Shown here: one piece after another, positions 18,604 through 28,900 of the stretch
Numbering within the stretch: position 1 is the stretch's first letter
Layout: each line of letters begins with the position of its first letter
Origin: Candidatus Omnitrophota bacterium
GTDB taxonomy: Bacteria > Omnitrophota > Gorgyraeia > Pluralincolimonadales > Pluralincolimonadaceae
NCBI GenBank assembly: GCA_041651455.1
Contig: JBAZJG010000004.1
Coordinates: 8,848 to 72,847 of the forward strand
Direction: 5' to 3'
DNA length: 64,000 nt
The notes under the pieces: model-generated
What the model was told of the DNA's origin: nothing
The model's input: the letters and a program-made list of their open reading frames with translations, nothing else
Databases searched by the model: none
Translations under genes and position numbers: made by a program

Positions 18604-21600
18604 TCAGTTAAAGAAGACTTTTATCTCTTTTACCTTCCTGTCCCTTATCATCGCCGAATACGGCTCGGTGACCTTTCCGGCAAAAGTCCCCGCTTTTCCT
18701 TCATCCGGCGTCACTTCGTACCTGACCTGCGCCTTCCCCCCAACGTCCCCGAATATATCTTTCATCTTAGGGTTGTGGTATGTCACGGGAATGCTTCCGA
18801 GCAGCATGAACTTCAGGGTCCCCTTCTTAACGGTCTCCTCCACGAGCGTCCCGTCCGGCAGGTAATAACAGGCCTTCCGGTCTTTCTTCAGAAACATCTC
18901 TTTCGGGAGCACCGGGCAGAGACTGAACGTGAGCTTCCCGTCCTTGTCGAGCCCGAACGGCCTGCCGCCGGTCATCATTATGAGCCACATATGGACGAAC
19001 TCGGCCGTGGAACCCGAAAGGCGCGCGTAGAAACCCTGGCCGTGCACCTTCCTGTCGGGATGCGCGCTGCTCGCTATAAAGGAAGAGTTCTCGAATATAC
19101 TCCTGCCGTAGACCTCCGGCCTGAGGAAAGGCACAAGCACATTCTTCATGTTCGCGAAGAAATCGCCGTGCAGCCCGGCCTTCAACAGCTCGAGCATATA
19201 CTTGTATTCCATGTGCAGCCATATCGACTGGTTCTCGAGCCATCCGGGGTTGAACGTCTTCGTCCTGCCTATCTCATACGGCTGGCCCGCGAGCGAGGCG
19301 TTCACGAAGAACATCTTGAGCTTCTTGTCGACGAGCGCGCTCTTCATCAGGTTGCGGTGCAGCTTTGCCGCGACCGCGGGGTCCTTCTCGGCCCTGAGCG
19401 CGTGGACCTGCGCCTCGAGGAAAAGCGGCAGAGGTTTCGACTCGAACCTCGCCACCTTTATGCACGGCAGGCCCTTGTAATTCAGCTTCTGCGTCTCCCT
19501 GCCGTCCGCCCCCGTATACGTTATCTGGTCGTATTCGACCGGCGTATTCATGAAATATCCGGAGAAGAGCCCGGACTTCTCGTCGAAGCTCTTGTTTATC
19601 GCCGCCTGCACGCGCTTAGCGGCAAGGTTGAGGTACCCGTTTATCTCCTCCGCCGGCACAGGGATGAGGCGTCCTATGATACCGAGCTTTGTCCTCTTCC
19701 TGAACTCTTCCTTCAGCGACGTGAGCCTGTCCCAGGCGGCAAAGTCATCGATCCTGCCTTCCACAAAACCGCTGAGCACATCCTTCGAATCCCTTACGAC
19801 ATCGGCCACTTCTTCCGGTATCTCGAGGGTCGCGCCGCCGAGATTATCGGTTATCACGGATATGAGCCGTTTCAGCTCGAACGTCTCGTTAGACGAGGAA
19901 CCGAACATCCCCGGAAGGCCGTTCAGCGCGTCATACCAGTTCGGCTTATCGGTCTCCAGCTCTATGCCGCATCCGTCCGGGCCTATCGAGTTTATCTTGT
20001 TGACCGCGAGTATGAACAATTTGGTAATGAGGTCGGTCCTGTAGACGTCGCCCTTGCCGTCCGTCTTGCGCACGAGCGTCTTGTCGGATCTCCTGTCGGA
20101 GATCATCTTCTTCTTTTCCTCGTCAGGCCTCACGCTGCCGAGCTGCACCGGTTTGCCGTCCCAGACGACATATTTCTCGTCGCGCGGCATCACGACATAG
20201 GTGCTGTCGTGGAACGTGAACAGCTTCGCCCCGAAGAAGAGCTCCTTCCTCCTGTCGGGATATATCGCAAGGAAGCTCTCTATGAGGTCGAGGTTATAGA
20301 AGGTGTGGTCGCTCCAGTATCCTTCTATATGCTGCGAGTTCTGGATCGTCTCCGACTTCTCGAGCACGCATGACAGAAGTTTTTCCTTGGGCATTCCCGC
20401 CTTCAGCGAATTGCATTCCATGAACTTGAAAAGGTCCCCCGGCGCAAATGGCTTGCCGAAGAACGCGGCGGCTTCACCGGCACGGGAGCCGAAGAGGCGC
20501 TGGAGGTCTTCCTGGCTTCCTTTGTACCTGTAGGTTATGCCGCCGACGCCGTGCGGGTTGAAGCCGTCGAGCTGTATCAGCCCGATGTAATTGACGATGT
20601 TCGCCATCCCTACGTCGGGATTGAAGAAAAGGTCGTTGCGCCTGTTCTGGTTCACGTCCCTGTAATTCGAGTCCCCCTGCGAGTATTCCGTCGGGGAGGT
20701 GTAGAACTGGTTATAATCCCTCTCGAGGTCGCCGTGCTTCCTCGAATATACGTAAAATATCTTGCTGCGGTCCCCGGTCACCGGTATAGGCAGGCCTCCG
20801 CGCAGCACGTTATCGAGGAAGTTCTGCGACGAATACCTGTCGAAGCGCTTGTCCTCGCTTATGACGAGGGACCTTGCCATCAGCGACTCGATGAGCGCCT
20901 TGTTCTTCGCGAGCTGCACTTCCATGAAATCGGCGGTGACCGCCGCCTTTACCTTCGATACGCCGGAGAGTGAATCGACCGTGCCCGCGACGGACGTCAG
21001 CTCAAGGGCCTTGCCCTTGCCCAGCGTACCGGAATCATAGCACATCGCGCACGCGAACTCGCCGCTTGTGAGCTCCCCCTTGCGGTCGTACGAAAATTTC
21101 TTCCTGACATTGAAGGCCTGGGGAAAGATGAAATCTTTCCTCGCGCCGAAGACCTGCGAAGCATCCACCATCGGCCTCAGGAGCTCCATACCCTTGCCTT
21201 CCGGCCTGAAGCACGCGTAATAGTGGCCGCGCCTTACCATCGCGACCTCGGGGCCGTCCTCATGCGTCGTCTTTATGTGGAAATAGGGTATTTTGCCGTC
21301 AAGGTTCTCAACGAAGCTGAACGACTTCACGAGGTATTTCATCCTCTTCAGGCTGTAGTCGTCCATGCCGAAAGGTATGACCTGGGGCATGCCGTCTATA
21401 AGCTCGTACTTCAGCGCTTTCCCGGAGATATTCCTGACCTCGAGACGCCTTATGAGCCCCGGGAACGGCCTGCCTACCACGTTGCAATATTTGACCTCGA
21501 CGCTGAGGCCGTATTTCTTATGCTCTTCCTTCAGCGTAACGGAATACGGGTTGATAACCATCGTCTGGACCGGTATATACGGCTCTTCCTGCTCGTAGGT

Positions 21601-21903
21601 GCGGAACGGCTCATATAGCACGTATCCGCCCCCGGAAGCGATCTTTATGAACGTCCTGAATCCCTGAGAGCCGACGAGCTGGTAAGCGAAATTCGCGGGA
21701 AAGTACTCCATCATCGATCGGTCCTTGCCCTCTATGCCGAAACTGCAGACCGCCTGGTTCCTGTTCACGTAGAACGTCCACATCGGGATGCCGTCGAGGC
21801 CCGCGATGCCCGGCAGGAAACTCGAGAACGGCTTCGAGTGGTTATAATTCTCGATTATGAATTCGTTGTCCTGCCCGAGTTTATATACCGGTGCTTTCCC
21901 CAT
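18604..21903 (-). CDS. Large cytoplasmic glycoside phosphorylase-like protein of the GH94/GH149/GH161 (alpha/alpha)6-barrel superfamily
   Basis: 1099 aa, no signal peptide. Contains YRDVNQNRRND (compare the GH94 RDSNQD motif) and NWYDALNG (compare the catalytic DWNDCLN). The length fits the ~1100-aa beta-glucan phosphorylase families. Family-level call is by motif memory only. Confidence 0.45.
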   Translation of the reverse strand: MGKAPVYKLGQDNEFIIENYNHSKPFSSFLPGIAGLDGIPMWTFYVNRNQAVCSFGIEGKDRSMMEYFPANFAYQLVGSQGFRTFIKIASGGGYVLYEPFRTYEQEEPYIPVQTMVINPYSVTLKEEHKKYGLSVEVKYCNVVGRPFPGLIRRLEVRNISGKALKYELIDGMPQVIPFGMDDYSLKRMKYLVKSFSFVENLDGKIPYFHIKTTHEDGPEVAMVRRGHYYACFRPEGKGMELLRPMVDASQVFGARKDFIFPQAFNVRKKFSYDRKGELTSGEFACAMCYDSGTLGKGKALELTSVAGTVDSLSGVSKVKAAVTADFMEVQLAKNKALIESLMARSLVISEDKRFDRYSSQNFLDNVLRGGLPIPVTGDRSKIFYVYSRKHGDLERDYNQFYTSPTEYSQGDSNYRDVNQNRRNDLFFNPDVGMANIVNYIGLIQLDGFNPHGVGGITYRYKGSQEDLQRLFGSRAGEAAAFFGKPFAPGDLFKFMECNSLKAGMPKEKLLSCVLEKSETIQNSQHIEGYWSDHTFYNLDLIESFLAIYPDRRKELFFGAKLFTFHDSTYVVMPRDEKYVVWDGKPVQLGSVRPDEEKKKMISDRRSDKTLVRKTDGKGDVYRTDLITKLFILAVNKINSIGPDGCGIELETDKPNWYDALNGLPGMFGSSSNETFELKRLISVITDNLGGATLEIPEEVADVVRDSKDVLSGFVEGRIDDFAAWDRLTSLKEEFRKRTKLGIIGRLIPVPAEEINGYLNLAAKRVQAAINKSFDEKSGLFSGYFMNTPVEYDQITYTGADGRETQKLNYKGLPCIKVARFESKPLPLFLEAQVHALRAEKDPAVAAKLHRNLMKSALVDKKLKMFFVNASLAGQPYEIGRTKTFNPGWLENQSIWLHMEYKYMLELLKAGLHGDFFANMKNVLVPFLRPEVYGRSIFENSSFIASSAHPDRKVHGQGFYARLSGSTAEFVHMWLIMMTGGRPFGLDKDGKLTFSLCPVLPKEMFLKKDRKACYYLPDGTLVEETVKKGTLKFMLLGSIPVTYHNPKMKDIFGDVGGKAQVRYEVTPDEGKAGTFAGKVTEPYSAMIRDRKVKEIKVFFN

Positions 21904-21920
21904 TTTGCTCTTTTGCTCTC

Positions 21921-22934
21921 CTATTGTTTCGCGCAGCTCTTCCTTATTATCATCTTTGCCGGGATCTTCCTCGATACCGTGCCTTTCTGCAAAAGCGACT
22001 CGACGGCCGCCTTGCCCATCTCCTCGTAGGGCTGCCTTGATGTCGTCAGGGGCGGTTCCGCGCTTTCCGAGGCCACGAGGTCATCAAAGCCCACTATCGA
22101 TACGTCCTTCGGGACCGATATCCCGTTCTCCTTGAAATATTCCATGCCTCCGAAAGCCATAAGGTCGTTCGTATAGAAGACGGCGTCCGCGCTGCGGCCC
22201 TTAGAGAAGAGTTCCGCGGTCGCTTTTCTCCCGCCGGCCTTATCGTAATGCCCGTCCAGCATAAGGCCGGGATCCGGCTCTATGCCCTTCATCCGCAGGC
22301 AGTTCATGAAACCCTGCCTCCTGTCCCGCGTGTCATACCTGTCCTCAAATCCGCCCACGAACGCGATGCGCCTGTGGCCGAGGTCGGCGAGGTACGCGGC
22401 GGCTTCGTATCCCGCCTCGAAATTATCCACGTCGACGTATTTCGTATCGGCCTCGAGCTTGCCGCCTACGCATACGAGGTTGGCCTTCTCCCCGTGCAGG
22501 AAGAGGCCTTCCTTCGCGCCCATCGCCGGCGCGATCAGGACGAATCCCTCGATTATCCCCGCCTCGTAGTAATTTATGAGGTTCTTGAGCCTCTTGATGT
22601 TGCCGGCCTCGTCGTCGCCTAAACTCACGATTATTATGTCGTAGCCCTTCGACCTCGCACTGTTGCTAATCGCGTCGGTAAGGTTTATGAAATATTCCGT
22701 CTGGAAGAAATTATCGTATTTCGTGAGGAGGCATATCATCCTTGCCTTCATCTGGATATTCTTGGAGAGGCCCCGCCCGAACGGGTTCACGCTGTAGTTG
22801 AGCTGCTTGGCGACCTTGAATATCCTGCGCCTGAGCTCTTCCTTGACATACGGATGGCCCGCCAACGCGCGCGATACGTGCATCGGCGATACGCCTACTA
22901 TCTTGGATATCTCTTTGAACGTGACTTTCTTCAT
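21921..22934 (-). CDS. LacI-family transcriptional regulator
   Basis: N-terminal HTH (VTFKEISKIVGVSPMHVSRAL) plus periplasmic-binding-protein-like sugar-binding core. Sits at the head of the GH94like-GH35 pair. Confidence 0.85.
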   Translation of the reverse strand: MKKVTFKEISKIVGVSPMHVSRALAGHPYVKEELRRRIFKVAKQLNYSVNPFGRGLSKNIQMKARMICLLTKYDNFFQTEYFINLTDAISNSARSKGYDIIIVSLGDDEAGNIKRLKNLINYYEAGIIEGFVLIAPAMGAKEGLFLHGEKANLVCVGGKLEADTKYVDVDNFEAGYEAAAYLADLGHRRIAFVGGFEDRYDTRDRRQGFMNCLRMKGIEPDPGLMLDGHYDKAGGRKATAELFSKGRSADAVFYTNDLMAFGGMEYFKENGISVPKDVSIVGFDDLVASESAEPPLTTSRQPYEEMGKAAVESLLQKGTVSRKIPAKMIIRKSCAKQ

Positions 22935-22991
22935 ATTATGTTATCGATAACATATAATACCATCGGCGAAGGATTTGTCAAGGGCGATTAT

Positions 22992-23951
22992 TTACTTCGC
23001 AACCTGCATGTAGGGGGAGAACTTCACCTGCAGGAATGATTTCTTTATCTCCGCGAACGCCGACGAATCCCCGGCCGGCGCATTCGGCTTATAGCTTGAG
23101 AGTTCGATCTCCTGCGTGTTCTGGTCCGGGCTTGCCAGGTCGAAATAGTCCGGGTCTACCCCGTCGTCGGAGGTCGTCGCTTCGCCGCCGCCGCCGTGCC
23201 AGTCGTCCGCTTCCTTATATATCTCGCGCAGGTGCTCTTTGTCTTCCGTCCCCATGGCGACCACGAACCTCCAGGTCTTCCCTGCGGGGTTACCTATTAC
23301 CTTCAGCGGAACCTGCACCTCGAGCGCAACCGAGTTCGAATCCTTTATCTTGAAACCGGCGGTATCGGTCTTCTCCCCTATCGCCTTAGCGATAAGCCTC
23401 CCCTGGGCGTCCCATATGCGTCCCTTATACGTGCCGGCTATGCATATGACATAATCGGCCGAGAGCGATTTCGACACCCTCAGTTCCCCGAACGTGCCGG
23501 TATCGGCATCCATCGTATTTATATCGCCCTGCTGTATGACCTGCATGCCCCTCCTGCCGCCGCCCATGCCGTCGGTATCTATCGCTATTACGCGCACGGG
23601 GGACCACCAGTCGCCCGGCTTCGACGACCTTATCAGGAAATATATATTCTTGCTGTCCCACGTGATACGGAATTCCTCGAGATCCGCGGATTTCGTGAAT
23701 GCGGGGGTCTTCGGATATGTGTATTTCCCGTTCCCCGTATCGTCCCCCTGCATGTCCTTCCAGATGAATTCGCCCTTGCTTATGACGGAAGAGTTGGGTT
23801 TAACCGGCGGCGAGCCGGTCCAGTCCGCGACGGAACCGTCCACCCTTATCGGATGGCCCGCCAACGAACCGCTGCCCATATCGGCGGATAGGAAATCACA
23901 GAATGAAAGAGCTACGACGAAAATGACATATACAGCTGTCTTTTTTGTCAT
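22992..23951 (-). CDS. Secreted beta-sandwich domain protein, tandem paralog 1 of 3 (same module as the C-terminus of the GH2 enzyme)
   Basis: Signal peptide; conserved motifs W..GDD.GNGKY.YP, WW.PyRvIaIDTDG, TYKGRiWDA.G, WRFVVA.G, GGGG, VDPDyFDLA. From memory it resembles the glucodextranase C-terminal domain family; uncertain. Confidence 0.5.
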   Translation of the reverse strand: MTKKTAVYVIFVVALSFCDFLSADMGSGSLAGHPIRVDGSVADWTGSPPVKPNSSVISKGEFIWKDMQGDDTGNGKYTYPKTPAFTKSADLEEFRITWDSKNIYFLIRSSKPGDWWSPVRVIAIDTDGMGGGRRGMQVIQQGDINTMDADTGTFGELRVSKSLSADYVICIAGTYKGRIWDAQGRLIAKAIGEKTDTAGFKIKDSNSVALEVQVPLKVIGNPAGKTWRFVVAMGTEDKEHLREIYKEADDWHGGGGEATTSDDGVDPDYFDLASPDQNTQEIELSSYKPNAPAGDSSAFAEIKKSFLQVKFSPYMQVAK

Positions 23952-24033
23952 CCTCCCGTCCTTTCTGGCATGGCTCTGCGGAAGGGTTGATCAACAACCC
24001 TTCCGCACGCGCCAACCGATCTTTACGGCGCCC

Positions 24034-24972
24034 TTACTTGCCGAACTTTACCGTAAGGAACGACTTGTCTATCGTAGCAAAACTTCCCGCGTCGCCCGGT
24101 TCACCGTCTGCCTTGTAGCTGCCGAGCTCTTTCTCCTGGGTCGCCTTATCCGCGCCCGCCAGGTCGAATACATCGGGATCGACGCCGTTATCTTCGCTTG
24201 ATTCGCCGCCGCCCGCGCGGTATTCGCTTACTTCCTCTTCGACTTCGCGAGCGAGGTCGTTATCCTGCTGGCCTATTGCGACCACGAACCTCCAGGATGT
24301 CCCTTCGGCGGGTTTCCCGCCGATAAGCGACCACGGTATCGCAACTTCGACCGCATTCCAGTTGTAATCCTCTATCTTGAAACCCGCCGTATCATCGGGC
24401 TGGGCTTCCTTGCGGGCTATCATCTTGCCCTTCGCGTCCCATACGCGGCCCTTGTATGTCGAGGATACCGCGACCACGTATTCGCATGCGAGTTCGGGCG
24501 ATACCTTCAATTCGGCGAAGCAGCCGGAATCAAAGGCATATTCGTCCATGTCGCCCTGCGCAAGCACCTGGCTGCCGTTCTTGCCGCCTGCGGCGCCGTC
24601 GGTATCTATGCCGATTATCCTGTAAGGCACCCACCAGTCGCCGGGCCTGTCCGTCTTGATGAGGAAGTACAGGTTCTCGCTATCGAACGTGACCCTGAAC
24701 TCCTTGAGGTCGCCGCCCTTCTTCAGGGCCTTGTTCTGCGGATATACGTACTTGCCGTTGCCGAGGTCATCGCCGGAAGCATCCTTCCAAATATACTCGC
24801 CCTCGCTTACCGCGGCGGAGTTATCCTGTTCCGGCGCGGCGCCTTTCCAGTCGCGTATCGCCTTATCGACCGCTATCTTATGGCCGTTTACGGCTGCGTC
24901 TTCCGCGTTGGCTGCCGGCCAGGCCGCGCAGAACGCGAGTATCGCGACAAATACTGCCAATACCCTTTTCAT
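24034..24972 (-). CDS. Secreted beta-sandwich domain protein, tandem paralog 2 of 3
   Basis: Same motif set as 22992..23951. The track ORF begins at 25017, but the ATG at 24972 (MKRVLAVFVAIL signal peptide) has AGGAGGTG 6 nt upstream. Confidence 0.5.
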   Translation of the reverse strand: MKRVLAVFVAILAFCAAWPAANAEDAAVNGHKIAVDKAIRDWKGAAPEQDNSAAVSEGEYIWKDASGDDLGNGKYVYPQNKALKKGGDLKEFRVTFDSENLYFLIKTDRPGDWWVPYRIIGIDTDGAAGGKNGSQVLAQGDMDEYAFDSGCFAELKVSPELACEYVVAVSSTYKGRVWDAKGKMIARKEAQPDDTAGFKIEDYNWNAVEVAIPWSLIGGKPAEGTSWRFVVAIGQQDNDLAREVEEEVSEYRAGGGESSEDNGVDPDVFDLAGADKATQEKELGSYKADGEPGDAGSFATIDKSFLTVKFGK

Positions 24973-25000
24973 GCTTGCCACCTCCTGTTTTATTATAAGT

Positions 25001-25936
25001 TCACTGTGTCGGGCCAAAATAAACCGTCAGATATGACTTGTCTATCGTAGCGAAGCCCTCGGTGTCCCCGGGAGGAGCGCTCATCTTGAAGCTTCCCAGC
25101 TCCCTCTCCTGGTCGGCGCGCTCCGCGCCGGCCAAGTCGTATACGTCCGGATCTACACCCCCGGCGTCGCTCGTCTCACCACCTCCTCCGTGCCATTCGT
25201 TTGAAACTTCCTCTATCTCACGCGCGATATCATAATCCTGCTGCCCCACCGCGACTATAAACCTGTATGCCTTGCCCTGCGGCCTGCCCCCTATCAGCTT
25301 CCACGGTATCGCGACCTCGATCGTGTTCCAATTTATGTCCGCGGCCTTGAACCCTGGCGTATCCTCCGGCTGGTCGTCCCTGAGCGCGACAAGTTTCCCG
25401 CCGGCATCCCATATGCGGCCCTTGTAGGTCGAGGACAACGCCACAACGTACTCGCATGCGAGCTCCGGCGCGACCTTCAGCTCCGCGAATGTCCCGGAGT
25501 CCGACGAAAGAGTGTCCAGGTCGCCTTCGGAGAGCACCTGCATGCCGCCCATGCCGCCGGAAGCGCCGTCTGTATCTATCCCGATCACCCTGTAGGGGGC
25601 CCACCAGTCGCCGGGGCGGTTCGTCTTTACGAGGAAGTACAGGTTATCGTCGTCGAACGTTACCCTGAATTCCTTCAGGTCCGCGCCTTTCTTCAGCGCC
25701 TTGTCGAGAGGATACGTATATTTCCCGTTGCCGGTGTCGTCGCCCGCCGCGTCCTTCCATATATACTCGCCTTCGCTTATCACCGCGGTATTCTCAGCCT
25801 CGGGCGCGATCCCTTTCCAGTCAGAGAGCGATTTGTCCGCTTCTATCTTGTGCCCTACGAGCGGGGTGTTCCCCGTGTCTTCCGCGCAGCCCATTCCCGG
25901 GCACAACAGCAACAACACGATCACGAGAACTGCCAT
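25001..25936 (-). CDS. Secreted beta-sandwich domain protein, tandem paralog 3 of 3
   Basis: Same motif set; about 80 percent identical to paralog 2 over the core. Shares a 41-nt identical block (25563..25603) with the GH2 C-terminal domain (26526..26566). Confidence 0.5.
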   Translation of the reverse strand: MAVLVIVLLLLCPGMGCAEDTGNTPLVGHKIEADKSLSDWKGIAPEAENTAVISEGEYIWKDAAGDDTGNGKYTYPLDKALKKGADLKEFRVTFDDDNLYFLVKTNRPGDWWAPYRVIGIDTDGASGGMGGMQVLSEGDLDTLSSDSGTFAELKVAPELACEYVVALSSTYKGRIWDAGGKLVALRDDQPEDTPGFKAADINWNTIEVAIPWKLIGGRPQGKAYRFIVAVGQQDYDIAREIEEVSNEWHGGGGETSDAGGVDPDVYDLAGAERADQERELGSFKMSAPPGDTEGFATIDKSYLTVYFGPTQ

Positions 25937-25951
25937 ATTCCTGACCTTTCC

Positions 25952-28900
25952 CTACTTGGCCGGCTTCTCCTCGCTGAAGGTCACAACAAGGTATGATTTC
26001 TTTATCACAGCGAAACCGTCCGGGTTGCCCGGCTCGCCCTGAGCGTCATAACTGCGAAGTTCAAATTCCTGGGTCTTCCTGTCAGGGCTCGCGAGATCGA
26101 ATACGTCCGGGTCGGGCCCGAACATATCGCTCGACTCGCCGCCGCCTCCGCGCCACTCGGAGGCATCCTTTTCGATCTCCCTGAACACGTCGTTATCCTG
26201 CTGGCCTATGCCGACGACGAACCTCCATGTCTGTCCGTACGGGGCCGCACCGCCCAGCAGCTTCCACGGTATCGCGACCTCGACGGAGCTCCAGCCGTAA
26301 TCATCGACCTTGAATCCGGGGGTATCGTCGGGCTTGGCTTCCTTGCTCGCTATAAGCTTGCCGTCCTTGCCCCATATCCTGCCCTTATATGAATTGAATA
26401 TCCCGACCGTAAATTCGCACGCGAGTTCCGGCGCGACCTTTATCTCGCCGTAGGAACCCCTGTCCGGGCTTACGTCATCCATGTCGCCATAGGCCAGCAC
26501 CGTAGAGCCGCCTTTCCCGCCTTTCGCGCCGTCTGTATCTATCCCGATCACCCTGTAGGGGGCCCAGAAATCCCCGGGCCTGTCGCATTTGATCAGCATA
26601 TAGAGGTTCTCCTCATCCCACGTGATCCGGAACTCCCTGAGGTCGGATCCCCTGCTGACGGCCTTGTTCGTCGGATATGTGTAACGGCCGTTGCCGGTAT
26701 CATCGTCCTTCTCGTCCTTCCAGATGAACTCCCCGTTGTTGACCGTGGCCGTATTGTCCTGCGCCGGGGCTTCGCCTTTCCAGTCGCGGATGCTCTTGTC
26801 GACCTTGATCGAATGGCCTTTCAGCGGTTCGGCTATCATGACCTTTATCGAGTCCGCGGTGACCTTGACCGTATCTATCGTGACGCCGCCGCCTTTTTCG
26901 TATTCCCTGACGACGAGCACATGGCCCGACCCCGCCTTATACCCTTCGGTGTTCCATTCGGCGGTATAGAGCCCCATGCCGGAGGCCGACATCTGTGTGA
27001 ACTCCGCGTTGTCCACCGAATACTCTATCTTCTCGACCTCCCTGTTCGCCCTCGGCTCGACCATGAGCGTAGCGTTCTTGTATATGCTCGCGCCTTCGAA
27101 CGGGAATATTATCGTGACCCTGTTGACGACCCTGACCTCGATTGATTTCGTGTTTATCTGGCCTATCTTATCCGTCGCTTTTACCGTTATAGTGTGGTTT
27201 ATCCCCTGGGCCTTGGCCGTATCCCATTCAGCGGAATAGCTGCCAGCGGCGCCCCCGTCGGCTTTCATTGGCATCCAATCGCCGGAGTCGACCGAATATT
27301 CCACCTTTGCTATATCATTCTCTTTGTCCTCGACCGCGACCTTAACGGTATCGCCTACAGAGGAGTTGGCCTGCGGAGCGGTGATAGACGGTTCGGGTAT
27401 CGCGTCGTTCGACACCTCCCCTTCAAGCGTCATCGCGAAGATATGGAGTTTCGGCTCGGACGGAAGCACTATCGACGCGAGGACCTTCTTGCTGTCCGGC
27501 TCTATCGTCTGCATGTATATCCCCGAGCCGGGTTTGCGTTCGCCGCTAGCCTCATGGTGATGCGATGTCTTGATAGCGGTGTCCTCGCCGAAGACCGCGT
27601 TGGCGCCCCACCAGTCGGAGAACCCTGCAAGGGCCTTCCCCTGCGTCCCATCCGTGTAATTCAGCAGGAACGGGACCCTCGCGCCGCCGTCATGCATCGC
27701 GGCGAGTATGTGGACCTTTCCGTAATATCCGGGAGCGAAGGTTATCTTCTGTTTGCCGCACTCAACCGTATTTTTCGCCCCGTCGGATTTGTCCCCGAAC
27801 CTGAACTTTACCCTGTCTTTCCCGTTATATATGAACTCCGAACCGGATGCCGGCAGGTCCTCGGAGGCGTAATCCCAGCCCGTCCCATCAGTATACCTGC
27901 CGTTCTCCGATATCCAGTCGTGGTCATACGGCAGGTCGACATATTTGCCCGGCTTGCCGTCTATCTTTACCTTGACCTTCCGTTCCGCCGACTGCCCGCC
28001 CGAATCCGTCGCGAGGAACTTTATCTCGTGTTCCGACCCGTCGGCCAGTTGCGAAGCGTCCCATTCGGCCTGGAACGAGCCCTCTACCCGGCTCGTCATC
28101 CTTACGGTCTCCGCGCCGTCCACAGAATAGGTCACTGCGGGATCCGCCCTGTCGTCCGACGCGGACACATTCAGCAGGACCTTACCCATGACGAGGTCGC
28201 CGTCCTTGAGCGTTATGCCGAGGAGAGGCGGTTCATCGGTATTGTCGACGTTGACCCTTACGAAATCAGATACGAAATATCCTTTCTTGCTCTTCGCGCG
28301 CACGATTAGGGTCCTCATACCGTCTTCTATCTTGGCGGTATCGAACTCCATCTGGTATGCGCCCTTCTTCTGCGAGAGCCGCCCGAGCTGTTTTCCTTCC
28401 ACGATGAGGTCTACGAATTCCGGCTTCTCCTTTCCGGTTATCTCTGCGGATATCTTCAGCTTTCCTTTTACGGTCTCCTCGTCTTTCGGCTCTTTCAGGC
28501 CGACGGAAAGGTCGCCGAGCAGCATCGCGTATTGGCGCTGTATCTGGAAATATACGGGCTTCTGCAGTTTCCTGTCTATCGTGAGCAGGCCCATATGCTG
28601 CGGCTCGTTTATCATCGTATGCCAATCCGCAATCGTCCACCACGCGCTGCCGGTCACATAAGGGAGCTCGGAGAACGCGGCGAACGTATCCTTCGCGACC
28701 TCTATCTGGACCTTCTCCTGCGGCGTATCGCCGTATGCGGACCATATGCCGTACTCGGTGGACATTATCGGTTTGCCGGGAAAGGCCTTGCGCGTCTTCT
28801 CAAGCGCTTCCTTCGTGTCGGAATAATAGGAGCTTCCGTAGAATATGCCGTAGTAGGTGGTGAACCCGATGATGTCGCATTCCTTCTGGGTCGGGTCCGT

